64,000 nucleotides of DNA from Clostridia bacterium (lineage in GTDB: Bacteria > Bacillota > Clostridia > Christensenellales > Christensenellaceae). Below, piece by piece: positions 18,924 to 28,449 of the stretch. Location: positions 63,568 to 127,567 of the forward strand of contig JAFXKX010000010.1 in the NCBI GenBank assembly GCA_017531505.1, written 5' to 3'. The notes under the pieces were generated by a model that was not told the DNA's origin, did no database searches, and saw only the letters and a list, made by a program, of their open reading frames with translations. How positions within the stretch are numbered: the first letter of the stretch is position 1; every line of letters begins with the position of its first letter. The position numbers were made by a program, and so were the translations under genes.

Positions 18924-19928
18924 TTATACCTCATCAAACTTACGTTTTCCTAAAAAAGCCTTTGCCAATGCCACAGCATTTTCAAAATCGCTGACAGATG
19001 CGACAGATACCGGTCCATGGATATATCTGCACGGTACCGAAATACCGATGGCCAGTGCACCTGCACCTGCTTTATGGATCGCACCGGCATCTGTACCTCC
19101 CTTGGTACCCTGCCGTACCTGATACGGTATCCCCGCTTCCTCAGCAGTTTGCTTCATTGCCTTGAACAACTTCGGATTGACGATCGTTGCCCCATCCATC
19201 ATCGAGATGGCCGGGCCTTGTCCAACTTTTGTCACATGCTGATGGCCTTCGCATTCGGGCATATCGTTTGCTGTCGTTCCTTCGAAAATCAATGCCAGAT
19301 CCGGTTCTACCCGATATGCCGCCGCCATTGCACCACGCATACCGACTTCTTCCTGTACGGTAAACACCCCATAAAAATCGCAGTCATAATTTTCACGGAG
19401 CAGTTCCAGCACTACTGCACAACCAAGTCTGTCATCCAATGCCTTGCCTTTCATGCGACCGTCGCCAAAATACGAAAACTCGGTATCAAAACTGATATAG
19501 TCGCCTACGCTGACATATTTCAACGCGTCTTCTCTGCTTTCGGCACCGATATCTACAAACAGTTCTCCGTGAGGAATGGATTTATCCAGATCTTCGCGGC
19601 GCTGCAAATGGATCGCCTTTGCACCGATGACTCCCGGCACTTTATCCGGACCGACCACGACCCGTTTGGATACACATACGCGGGAATCGATACCAATGGC
19701 AGTATATGCCAAAAGGCCGTCCTCCATAATCCCCTTGACGATCATCCCCACTTCATCCATGTGGGCGCAAGCCATGATGCGCTTGCCTTTCCCGGGTTTA
19801 TGTACATACAGGTTGCCCATGGTATCTGTCGTGATCTCACCATAGGGTGCAGCCAGTTCTTTGAGGAGTTTGCGGATCTCTTTTTCGTTGCCGCTTACAC
19901 TCATGGTATTGCTCAATCGTCCAAGCAT
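18924..19928 (-). CDS. M42 family (TET) aminopeptidase, copy 2
   Basis: AHMDE, KALDDR, VQEEVG, GGTDAG and RYIH. Confidence 0.92.
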   Translation of the reverse strand: MLGRLSNTMSVSGNEKEIRKLLKELAAPYGEITTDTMGNLYVHKPGKGKRIMACAHMDEVGMIVKGIMEDGLLAYTAIGIDSRVCVSKRVVVGPDKVPGVIGAKAIHLQRREDLDKSIPHGELFVDIGAESREDALKYVSVGDYISFDTEFSYFGDGRMKGKALDDRLGCAVVLELLRENYDCDFYGVFTVQEEVGMRGAMAAAYRVEPDLALIFEGTTANDMPECEGHQHVTKVGQGPAISMMDGATIVNPKLFKAMKQTAEEAGIPYQVRQGTKGGTDAGAIHKAGAGALAIGISVPCRYIHGPVSVASVSDFENAVALAKAFLGKRKFDEV

Positions 19929-20959
19929 AATGCCGCCTCCCAATTCTCATCAATGTTGCCGATCATGCCGGCAATGACTTTTGCACAGTTGCGCAATGTT
20001 TCCATACGAATGGTTTCTACCGAGGTATGCATATATCTCAACGGCGGAGAAACAATCGCGCTGGGGATACCGCCCCGCTGTACCTGAATCTCCCATGCAT
20101 CTGTACCGGTATGCCCTGCAGCGATCTCCAGATCGGTAGCAATATTCTGCTCACGGGCAGAAGCCTGCAGCATACCAAACAGTTTTTCATGGATATTGCT
20201 GCCCTTGGTAAGTACCACTTTATCCATAGGCGCAGCTTCAAAAGGACGTACGCCGGGGGTGGGACCATGGCATACATCTACCGCAATCGCCATATCCGGA
20301 TGCACAGAGTATGCGCCGATACGCCCGCCGAGCCCGCTGCGTTCTTCCTGCACCGAAGCACAGAATACCACAGAACACTTGAGTTTCCGCTTGGAGAGCA
20401 TCTCCATGCATTCCAGCATCATGGCAACAAGGGCACGGTCATCCATCGTTTTGGAAGAGACATACCCATTGCACAGCTGCAACGGTGCCTTCGGGGCAAA
20501 TGTGACATAGTCTCCTTCATGGACCAGTTCTCTGGCCTTCTCCGCATCATACCCGATATCGCATACCAGATCTTCGATTTTATAGGCATTCCCTGTCTGC
20601 CCACCGGTAAGATGAGGCGGGATCGCACCGATCACACCGGGCAGCGGTTTTTCTCCCAATACCAGCACTTCGCTGCCGGGCAGTACCCGGGGATCTACAC
20701 CGCCGACATTGATCATGCGCAGCATACCGTTATCTTCAATGCCGGTCACCATCAGGCCTATTTCATCCATATGCGCCATGACCATGATCTCCGGTCCCTG
20801 CGCCTCTCCGATGCGGCCGTATACATTGCCGAATTTATCTTGCCATATATCCTGCGTATATGCAGAAAAATACTGTTTGACCACTTCTCCTACCGCGTGC
20901 TCTGCGCCGGTAACACCGGGCGTAGTGATAAGATCGGTAATGGCCTGCAACATATTCAT
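19913..20959 (-). CDS. M42 family (TET) aminopeptidase, copy 1
   Basis: AHMDE, MDDR, VQEE, TGTDA and RYMH. Confidence 0.92.
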   Translation of the reverse strand: MNMLQAITDLITTPGVTGAEHAVGEVVKQYFSAYTQDIWQDKFGNVYGRIGEAQGPEIMVMAHMDEIGLMVTGIEDNGMLRMINVGGVDPRVLPGSEVLVLGEKPLPGVIGAIPPHLTGGQTGNAYKIEDLVCDIGYDAEKARELVHEGDYVTFAPKAPLQLCNGYVSSKTMDDRALVAMMLECMEMLSKRKLKCSVVFCASVQEERSGLGGRIGAYSVHPDMAIAVDVCHGPTPGVRPFEAAPMDKVVLTKGSNIHEKLFGMLQASAREQNIATDLEIAAGHTGTDAWEIQVQRGGIPSAIVSPPLRYMHTSVETIRMETLRNCAKVIAGMIGNIDENWEAALCLDD

Positions 20960-21165
20960 ACGCACTTACTCCTTTAATACAAATCTATATAAGTAATTAT
21001 ATCATCTTTTGCGCAAAAATGTGGTAATATCTGCGAATTCCCGTATTTTTCCCTTGCAAAAAAATGTACCTGCCTATATACTGGTTTATAATCTAATTCT
21101 TGTAAAAATATACATCCCGTATATCATAATACCCATTTTATATTTTATTCTTTATGAGGTCTTCG

Positions 21166-22245
21166 ATGAAGCACTATAACGTGGCTGTGATCGGCGCTAC
21201 CGGTATGGTTGGTCAGCGTTTCGTGAGCCTGCTGGAAAATCACCCCTGGTTTGAAGTAACTGTTTTGGCCGCATCTCCCCGCTCTGCCGGCAAAACATAC
21301 GAGGCCGCAGTCGGTACCAGATGGGCCATGACTACGCCCATGCCCGAAAAGACCAAAAACATCATCGTAATGGACGCAGTCGCAGATGCAGAAAAAATTG
21401 CCGGTATGGTAGACTTCGCATTCTGTGCCGTAGATATGCCCAAGGCAGAGATCCGCGCACTGGAAGAACGCTATGCAAAGTTGGAATGCCCCATCATTTC
21501 CAATAACTCCGCACACCGTCATTCCAAAGATGTACCTATGATCGTACCCGAGATCAATGCAGAGCACGCAGAGGTCATTCACGCACAGAGAAAGCGTCTG
21601 GGCACCAAGCGCGGATTTATCGCCGTAAAATCCAACTGTTCTTTGCAGAGCTATGTTCCTGCATTGCACCCTTTGATGCAGTTTGGCATCACCAATGTAT
21701 TGGCTTGCACCTATCAGGCAATTTCCGGAGCCGGCAAGACCTTTGAGACCTGGCCCGAAATGGTAGATAACCTGATCCCCTTCATCGGCGGTGAAGAAGA
21801 AAAGAGCGAGATCGAGCCTCTCAAACTGTGGGGTCATGTAGAAAACGGCGAGATCGTGGATGCGACCGGACCCAACATCACTACCCAGTGTCTGCGCGTA
21901 CCTGTCAGCGATGGCCATACCGCGGCAGTATTCGTATCTTTTGAGAATAAGCCCTCTATCGAAGAGATTAAAAAACTTTGGGCAGAATTCAGCGGCCCTG
22001 CACAGCAGTTGGAACTTCCCTCTGCGCCCAAGCAGTTCCTGCACTATTTCGAAGAAGACAATCGTCCGCAGGCAAAATTGGATCGCAATCTGGAGAACGG
22101 CATGGCTGTTTCCATCGGCCGCCTGCGTGAAGATAAGCAGTACGATTACAAATTTGTTTGTTTGTCCCACAACACTCTGCGCGGCGCTGCCGGCGGTGGT
22201 GTGCTGATGGCCGAATTGTTGGCAAAACAGGGATATCTCGACTGA
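21166..22245 (+). CDS. asd: aspartate-semialdehyde dehydrogenase
   Basis: GATGMVGQ, VPEIN, SNCS, QAISGAG, RVPVSDGH and HNTLRGAAG. Confidence 0.95.
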   Translation: MKHYNVAVIGATGMVGQRFVSLLENHPWFEVTVLAASPRSAGKTYEAAVGTRWAMTTPMPEKTKNIIVMDAVADAEKIAGMVDFAFCAVDMPKAEIRALEERYAKLECPIISNNSAHRHSKDVPMIVPEINAEHAEVIHAQRKRLGTKRGFIAVKSNCSLQSYVPALHPLMQFGITNVLACTYQAISGAGKTFETWPEMVDNLIPFIGGEEEKSEIEPLKLWGHVENGEIVDATGPNITTQCLRVPVSDGHTAAVFVSFENKPSIEEIKKLWAEFSGPAQQLELPSAPKQFLHYFEEDNRPQAKLDRNLENGMAVSIGRLREDKQYDYKFVCLSHNTLRGAAGGGVLMAELLAKQGYLD

Positions 22246-22246
22246 T

Positions 22247-23425
22247 ATGCAGTACTATACGCACCCCAAAACCGGAGAGCAACTCTCCCGCCTTGGTCTG
22301 GGATGTATGCGCTTCACCAAGAAAGGCACATCCATTGATCAGGAAAAAGCAGAACGTGAAATGATTTACGCCATTGAACATGGCGTAAATTATTTTGACA
22401 CCGCTTATATCTATCCCGGCAACGAAGTTGTTCTGGGCAAGTTTTTTGCCAAGGGTTGGCGCAGCAAAGTCAACCTGGCCACGAAGATCCCCCATTACAA
22501 AATCAAAACGCTGGCCGATCTGGAACGGATTTTTGCAGAAGAGTTGGAACGCCTCCATACAGAGTATATCGATTTTTATCTGATGCATATGCTGCCCAGC
22601 ACAGAAACATGGGATCGTCTGAAGAATCTGGGGGTAGATACGTGGCTGGAACAGAAAAAGGCAGCCGGTATCATCCGTCATGTCGGCTTCTCTTATCATG
22701 GCGGCACCCATAATTTCAAAGCACTTATCGATGCCTATGATTGGGATTTCTGTCAGATACAATACAACTACATCGATGAACACGCACAGGCCGGTCGTGA
22801 AGGGCTGCTGTATGCCCACAGCAAACAGATCCCCGTGATCATTATGGAACCTCTCAAAGGTGGCAGGCTGGCAAACAAATTGCCAAAGGAAGCCGTGCAG
22901 GCATTTAATACTTCCGGCAAGAAGCGTTCTCCCGCAGAATGGGGTTTGCGCTGGCTTTGGGCACAGGAAGAGGTCGCCATTGTACTTTCAGGTATGAATG
23001 ACCTTTCTCAATTAGAGGAGAACATCCGCATTGCCGCATTGCCGCGGCAGGAAATGTTGGAGGAAAGTGACTATCCGCTATATACCCGGGCCACCGCCGC
23101 GATCCGCCGCGATGCCAAAATCGATTGTTCTGCCTGCGGCTATTGTATGCCATGCCCCAAAGGGGTGGATATTCCTGTAGTATTCCGCTGTTATAACAAT
23201 CTGTATGCAGAAGGTTGGTATATCGGCATGAAAGAATATATGATGTGCACCACTTTTAAGCCAGTGGTGAGCAATGCCGGCCAATGTATCGGCTGTGGCA
23301 AATGCGAAAAACAATGCCCCCAAGGGCTGCCCATCCGCGCGCATCTCAAAACCGCGCAAAAAAAATTGGAAACACCCATTTATCATATCGCCAAGGGTGT
23401 ATCCCGGTTGTTATTTAAGTTCTGA
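22247..23425 (+). CDS. aldo/keto reductase with C-terminal 4Fe-4S dicluster domain
   Basis: LGLGCMR, YFDTAYIY, CSACGYCMPCP and CIGCGKCEKQCPQ. Confidence 0.9.
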   Translation: MQYYTHPKTGEQLSRLGLGCMRFTKKGTSIDQEKAEREMIYAIEHGVNYFDTAYIYPGNEVVLGKFFAKGWRSKVNLATKIPHYKIKTLADLERIFAEELERLHTEYIDFYLMHMLPSTETWDRLKNLGVDTWLEQKKAAGIIRHVGFSYHGGTHNFKALIDAYDWDFCQIQYNYIDEHAQAGREGLLYAHSKQIPVIIMEPLKGGRLANKLPKEAVQAFNTSGKKRSPAEWGLRWLWAQEEVAIVLSGMNDLSQLEENIRIAALPRQEMLEESDYPLYTRATAAIRRDAKIDCSACGYCMPCPKGVDIPVVFRCYNNLYAEGWYIGMKEYMMCTTFKPVVSNAGQCIGCGKCEKQCPQGLPIRAHLKTAQKKLETPIYHIAKGVSRLLFKF

Positions 23426-23427
23426 AC

Positions 23428-23460
23428 AAAAAAAGCCAAACCAAAATGGTTTGGCTTTTT
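23428..23460. terminator. bidirectional terminator
   Basis: AAAAGCCAAACCA/TGGTTTGGCTTTT stem between convergent genes. Confidence 0.8.
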
Positions 23461-23470
23461 ATTTTTCGTT

Positions 23471-24859
23471 TTATACCAGCGGATTTCCAAAGAACTGCGG
23501 CAGATACTTTTCAAATGCACACAGGCTGTCTTTGAGTATACCTTTTGCGACATCCAGATCGTCGATCATGGGATCCAGTGCCAATGCCTGCAAAGCAAGC
23601 CCTCTGTCACCCGTGACTGCAGCCTCGACTGCCAGATCCACGATATCCTTCTGCTTATTACAGAAGGAAGCGGCTACTCTGGGCAATTCCCCTACGGCAA
23701 TACCTTTGACACCGTGCAGCCCCATGACAGCCGGCACTTCTACGACGGCATCTCTGGGCATATTGGAGATATAGCCTGCAGTATTGGGCAAGTTGACTGC
23801 ATAGTCATACAGATTGGATCCGGTCACTACCGATGCCATGATCTGCTCTGCCCGCTCGCTGTAGGTATGCTTCAGAAAATCTACCGATTCCTGACCCGCT
23901 GCCATACGGGCGATCTGTTCCCACAATACGTCTCTCTCATCCGCACGCTCCTGCAGCGGATACATCTGAATGTCCATCTTCTGCCATGTTTTGCGGGCCA
24001 TATTGGAGGTATAAGGCATATATTCCAGAAAATGCGCGTCACCGGAGGTAGGGCACTCCCCGAACACTTCCAATACCGAACGGGTATACGGCTCAAAATC
24101 TTTTTGCGCAAGGAACAGTTTTTTGAACAACGGCAACAATTCTTCGCCGGTCTGCTTGTCCTTAATGGAAAGGAACCAGGTAAAGTGGTTGATACCCGCC
24201 GCCAGAATATCCAGCCGTTCATGCGCCGCATTGGCGATATTCTTTTCATCCGGGTCGTGGTTCCAGCGGAATTTATAGTCGTGATTGATATCCAGTCCCA
24301 ACGTTTTTCCCAAAATACGTCCTGCCATCATATAGCCAAAATCGATCTGGTGGCAGATACCCACCATATTGACTTTGGTATATTTGAGTGCCGCCGTACA
24401 AATGCGGGTCATCGGGTTTGTGAAATTAAGCACGATCGCCTGCGGAGCCAATGCTTCGATATCTTTGAATACCGGCATGAGCAGCGCAATATTTCTTGCG
24501 CCGTGGAAGAATCCGCCCGGGCCACCGTTTTCTGCATAATGGATCAGACCATAATTCTGGCTGATCTCATGATCCTGACGCCAACAGATCTCGCGGTCGA
24601 TCGCTACAGAAATGATGACAAAATCCGCCCCCGGCAGCAATGCCTTGCGATCGGTAGACGCCTGTATCTCCATACCGGATCCCCATTCGCCGTTGATCCT
24701 CTGTGCCAGTCGGTAAATCTGTTCCAGCCCCTCCTCATTGAGATCACACAGGCACAATGTGCCTCCGTGCAATTCTTCGGTCCGCAGGATCGCCCCCAGA
24801 TTGGTCAGTCCAAAACTTGCGCTGCCTGCGCCGATGACTACTATTTTCGGCTTTCTCAT
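23471..24859 (-). CDS. glycoside hydrolase family 4 (NAD+-dependent alpha-galactosidase/glucosidase-like)
   Basis: VIGAGSASF, GPGG, LNFTNPM, GICH, AGINHFTW and VVEVP. Confidence 0.9.
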   Translation of the reverse strand: MRKPKIVVIGAGSASFGLTNLGAILRTEELHGGTLCLCDLNEEGLEQIYRLAQRINGEWGSGMEIQASTDRKALLPGADFVIISVAIDREICWRQDHEISQNYGLIHYAENGGPGGFFHGARNIALLMPVFKDIEALAPQAIVLNFTNPMTRICTAALKYTKVNMVGICHQIDFGYMMAGRILGKTLGLDINHDYKFRWNHDPDEKNIANAAHERLDILAAGINHFTWFLSIKDKQTGEELLPLFKKLFLAQKDFEPYTRSVLEVFGECPTSGDAHFLEYMPYTSNMARKTWQKMDIQMYPLQERADERDVLWEQIARMAAGQESVDFLKHTYSERAEQIMASVVTGSNLYDYAVNLPNTAGYISNMPRDAVVEVPAVMGLHGVKGIAVGELPRVAASFCNKQKDIVDLAVEAAVTGDRGLALQALALDPMIDDLDVAKGILKDSLCAFEKYLPQFFGNPLV

Positions 24860-24873
24860 AAAAGTTCCCTCTC

Positions 24874-25707
24874 TTATTTTCCTTCTTTGAAGTTGCGGAT
24901 CATCTCACTGCCGATACTGGAACTGTCTGTTCCCAATACAATATCTTCCCTGCGGATCCACTTCGCATCGGCGATTTCTTCTTCCTGCAGACTGAACGGC
25001 GTTCTTTCGCCATCCAATTCGGCTGTAAACCCTACCATGATCGTATCCGAGAAAGACCAAGGCTGACTTTTGTAATAGCGGACATTCTTGACCTTTACCC
25101 CTACTTCTTCCATAGCTTCCCGCGCCACCGTCTGTTCAAAGGTTTCGCCCACCTCTACATACCCTGCGATCAGGTGATAGCGATTGGTCGTGGACCCGGG
25201 GCTTTTGATCATCAGCAGATCATCTCCATCCGAAATAGCAACAATGATCGCCGGGCTGATCTTGGGATATTCCCGCAATTTACATTCCGGGCATACCAAT
25301 GCACGCTCCCTACTGCTGTGGCGCATCAGGGCACCGCACTTACCGCAGAATTTATGAGATTCCTCCCAGCGGCTCAACTGCGCACCCGTGATCCCTGCAA
25401 ACCCGATCCATTGATCTGCGCTTCGCATCAGCTGCGTAGGCTGCATAGTAATTGACCCGGCATATGTTTCGCATACCTGCGGTTGCGCTTTCAGCAGATA
25501 AAATCCCAATTCGTCGATGCTGAACAAGTATTCCGCATTTTCCTTTGCCGACGCGTTCAACTGCTCAAATCGGGGAAGATCTATTGCGCCTTCGTTTTGC
25601 CAGATCAACATATCTTTGCCTGCATAATACAGCGCAACATCCGAATCTTTGGGAGTACAGATATGAAATGCATTGTCATATACATGGGGCGTTATTTCAT
25701 GAATCAT
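24874..25707 (-). CDS. nudC: NAD(H) pyrophosphatase, Nudix family
   Basis: Zn ribbon CGKC...CPEC, Nudix box AGYVEVGETFEQTVAREAMEEVG and SQPW. Confidence 0.92.
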   Translation of the reverse strand: MIHEITPHVYDNAFHICTPKDSDVALYYAGKDMLIWQNEGAIDLPRFEQLNASAKENAEYLFSIDELGFYLLKAQPQVCETYAGSITMQPTQLMRSADQWIGFAGITGAQLSRWEESHKFCGKCGALMRHSSRERALVCPECKLREYPKISPAIIVAISDGDDLLMIKSPGSTTNRYHLIAGYVEVGETFEQTVAREAMEEVGVKVKNVRYYKSQPWSFSDTIMVGFTAELDGERTPFSLQEEEIADAKWIRREDIVLGTDSSSIGSEMIRNFKEGK

Positions 25708-25755
25708 GTGCGTGTTTCCTCTCTTTTCCTTTCCTCATTATATCAAATATCAAAC

Positions 25756-27054
25756 TTATTTTTCCAGTTCTTTCGCCAGTTTTGCCAGCCCGTATAGCGC
25801 TTCATCCTGTTTTTCCGAACATACGACCTGCAATCCTGTTTTTTCTGCCAATGCATTTTGCAGATAAGCAAGCCGTGCCAAACTGCCGCCGCACAGTACA
25901 ATTTTACATGCCTGCGGTCTCAACGCACGGAATTCACAGACCGTCTCTGCTAAAATGTCTACCAACCCCGCAATGCCTGCCGCAAACAATGCCGACGGCT
26001 CCAGATTGCTTCCGCTGATACCACTGATCTCACCTTGCCCGCCGCCGATGAAATAATCAGGAAGTACGCGCAAGCCTTTTCCATCCGCAGGCAATTCATT
26101 CAGTAATATATCCCACACCTGAGGCACCGGTACTTCCTGGCCGGTAAACAACTGTGCACATTGGCGGTAGAATTGGATCAATACATCCAACGTTCTTCCG
26201 CCCGGTTGTCTGGTGCGAGTCAACAACCGCAGACCATGGAAATACGGGCGGGATTCCATCCCCTCACGCACAAACTGCTCTGCCGGCATACACAATATAC
26301 CTGCTGTACCCAGCGTCAGTATGATACTCTTATCGTCCGCTTCATCCAGACCGTATACGCTGGCCTGATGGTCACCAATATCGCCATACAGCGGAATCCC
26401 CCGATACTCACCGCCCTGCTCCGTATGCGGTATCATTCGCGGCAATATCAGCTGCTCTGCTCCAATCACACGAATCGTATCCTTATTCCAGCAACGGTCT
26501 GCACAATCATACAAGCCGAGGGACGCCGCCATACTTTCGTGACAGATATGTGCCGTTTCTTTGTTGCCGCTCAGACGATAGATCAGGTATCCACCCAACG
26601 TATGCAGGCGCATCGGGGCAGTCTGTCGTTGTCCCTGATGGCGCACATAATAACTGCATACCGTTAACCCTGCTTTGTAGCGGGTACCCATGCGTATCAG
26701 CGCTTCCTGTCCCAGCTGCTCAGCCAATTCCGGCAGCAGAGGTTCTGCCAGACCATCCTGCCAGCTGATATAGGTCTTTGGACCGCTTCCATCCGGAGCA
26801 GTCAAAATATGACCGTGCATCTGCGTATCGATCCAGATGCTTGCCACATCGGGATATTTTTCGATCAATGCATCGATCAGTATTTTTGCCGCCGTATATA
26901 TGGCTTCCGCATCGATCTCGAATCTCTGCGGTTGTTCGCTCTTCATTTTTTCAGGCATGGGGACAGCCTGCTTTTCCAGCAGTTGTTCTGTTTGTGTTTC
27001 CAATACCGCACCTTTCAGATAGGTACTGCCAATATCTATTGCGAGTATCTTCAT
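25756..27054 (-). CDS. FGGY family sugar kinase (sedoheptulokinase-like)
   Basis: IDIGSTYLK, QMHG, SWQD, GDHQAS, LGT and LCGG. Confidence 0.8.
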   Translation of the reverse strand: MKILAIDIGSTYLKGAVLETQTEQLLEKQAVPMPEKMKSEQPQRFEIDAEAIYTAAKILIDALIEKYPDVASIWIDTQMHGHILTAPDGSGPKTYISWQDGLAEPLLPELAEQLGQEALIRMGTRYKAGLTVCSYYVRHQGQRQTAPMRLHTLGGYLIYRLSGNKETAHICHESMAASLGLYDCADRCWNKDTIRVIGAEQLILPRMIPHTEQGGEYRGIPLYGDIGDHQASVYGLDEADDKSIILTLGTAGILCMPAEQFVREGMESRPYFHGLRLLTRTRQPGGRTLDVLIQFYRQCAQLFTGQEVPVPQVWDILLNELPADGKGLRVLPDYFIGGGQGEISGISGSNLEPSALFAAGIAGLVDILAETVCEFRALRPQACKIVLCGGSLARLAYLQNALAEKTGLQVVCSEKQDEALYGLAKLAKELEK

Positions 27055-27135
27055 ATACAACCATCCTTTTTCTTTTTATTGTAGCCTCCCCGCTGTATTT
27101 TGGCAATCAAAAAGAGCATTTATAAAATGCTCTTT

Positions 27136-27164
27136 TCATATTTCTCTTGCTTTATGCATACCAT
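27136..27164 (+). promoter_or_regulatory. putative sigma-E (mother cell) promoter
   Basis: TCATA-16 nt-CATACCAT directly upstream of the RBS of the 27183 gene. Confidence 0.55.
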
Positions 27165-27182
27165 TTGCAAAAAGAGGTGCTT

Positions 27183-27866
27183 ATGATGGATTACCGTTAT
27201 CAAAAACAAATATTGCTGCTCAAAGGCGATGCTACATCTATCCTCACAATAGAGACCCGTAATCAACTGCACTATACTCTCACCGGTGCGACATTGCCTA
27301 CGGATGCAAAACTGATTTTGCTCAGCCGGACAGAGAATTCCGGGTTTTTACCTGTTCCGCAAGGCACTTGCCAGAAACTCTCCGCCAATATCTGTGCCGC
27401 TGCGATCGCGGCAGAAGGCCGCTTGATACGTACCGGTTCTTTGGAGGTCTTCGACTGGAGCAACGTCCAGCTTCTCCTGCAAAAACCAGCAAAAGTCAAA
27501 AATCCGCCTGCATTCACCGTTACTGCCGCCTCCGATCAAGCAGAATGCCCCTGCATTGTCAGCCGGCAAAGTGCTGCAGATCCATTTCCTGCCCTGCTGC
27601 CGGATGTTCAATGGCAGCGGATCGAATACCCTGCTTTTATCGGCAGCAGTCACTACTTGATCGGACAGATCCTTCGGGATGGTCAATATCTGACGCAAGC
27701 ACTGGCTGTACCCGGCGAATATTCTGCCAATCCTCCTCCATGGTTAACTGGCTTTGACCGGTTTGTCCGCAGTCATACCGACCGGCAAGGCTATTGGCTG
27801 TTTATCAAAGATACCGCTTCTTCTCAGGATCAACCCATAACCAGTGCCGGACTTACCCGCACATGA
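27183..27866 (+). CDS. hypothetical protein, probably sporulation-related
   Basis: GAGGTG RBS; C-terminal HYLIG...AVPGEY...PPPW...GYW pattern seen in clostridial hypothetical proteins; sigma-E-like promoter. Confidence 0.6.
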   Translation: MMDYRYQKQILLLKGDATSILTIETRNQLHYTLTGATLPTDAKLILLSRTENSGFLPVPQGTCQKLSANICAAAIAAEGRLIRTGSLEVFDWSNVQLLLQKPAKVKNPPAFTVTAASDQAECPCIVSRQSAADPFPALLPDVQWQRIEYPAFIGSSHYLIGQILRDGQYLTQALAVPGEYSANPPPWLTGFDRFVRSHTDRQGYWLFIKDTASSQDQPITSAGLTRT

Positions 27867-28072
27867 TCGGTCAATATCTCCCGATAGGTATAACAGTAGC
27901 GCGTACAGTGGGCACCCTGCTGTACGCGCACCACAAATACCCGCGGATACACGCCTTCCAGGATCCCCATGGTATCCACCACTTTGTTGCGTTCGCCCAC
28001 TGCGTGCAGCCGTACCAGACACCCTTGATAGTTTTCCAACATATCCCGTATACCATTCAATCGGTCCCACAT
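27830..28072 (-). CDS. veg: Veg family protein
   Basis: GxxVRLxAxGxRxK...GILEGVYPRVFVV...YTYREILT aligns by eye with Veg (GILxETYPSVFV...SYSYADILT); AAAGGAG RBS. Confidence 0.85.
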   Translation of the reverse strand: MWDRLNGIRDMLENYQGCLVRLHAVGERNKVVDTMGILEGVYPRVFVVRVQQGAHCTRYCYTYREILTDHVRVSPALVMG

Positions 28073-28096
28073 GAAAATCCACACTCCTTTTATGCA

Positions 28097-28126
28097 TAGC
28101 ATATCCGTTTTTTGGGGTTTTCATAC
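28097..28126 (-). promoter_or_regulatory. putative sigma-F/sigma-G promoter of veg
   Basis: Minus strand GTATG-15 nt-GGATATGCTA. Confidence 0.4.
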
Positions 28127-28138
28127 CATGTCGGCAAC

Positions 28139-28164
28139 AAAAAAATGCAGGATTTTTCCTGCAT
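28139..28164 (-). terminator. intrinsic terminator between the DnaA-box array and veg
   Basis: ATGCAGGA/TCCTGCAT stem followed by a T tract on the minus strand. Confidence 0.65.
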
Positions 28165-28195
28165 ACTTTCACGCTTATTTTATGTGTGTTTCTGT

Positions 28196-28433
28196 TGTTT
28201 CACAGAAACTATGTGCATAGAAGTTATGCACATTATCCACAATTTTTTTAAAAACCCCGTGGATAACGGGTTGTTTTTGTGGATAAATCCACAAAGTTAT
28301 CAACAATATCCACATTTTTGTGGGTAATTTGTGAAACATTGTGCATTAACTGCTGTATATTTTCGCGGTTATTTTGTATATGCAGCAAGCATTCTTTCTC
28401 TTCCTGCAAGTTTCCACATTTTTCTTTGTATAA
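28196..28433. promoter_or_regulatory. DnaA-box cluster (about 13 boxes with 0-1 mismatch)
   Basis: Perfect TTWTNCACA matches at 28224, 28233 and 28278(rc); one-mismatch boxes at 28196, 28212, 28258, 28297, 28306, 28319, 28330, 28340, 28410 and 28425. Confidence 0.88.
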
Positions 28434-28449
28434 CCTTGCATATCCGGGA

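Noticed and set aside
28196-28433. DnaA-box array as oriC
   Set aside because: No dnaA/dnaN/rpmH nearby, and highly expressed genes stay on the minus strand on both sides; kept as a non-origin cluster
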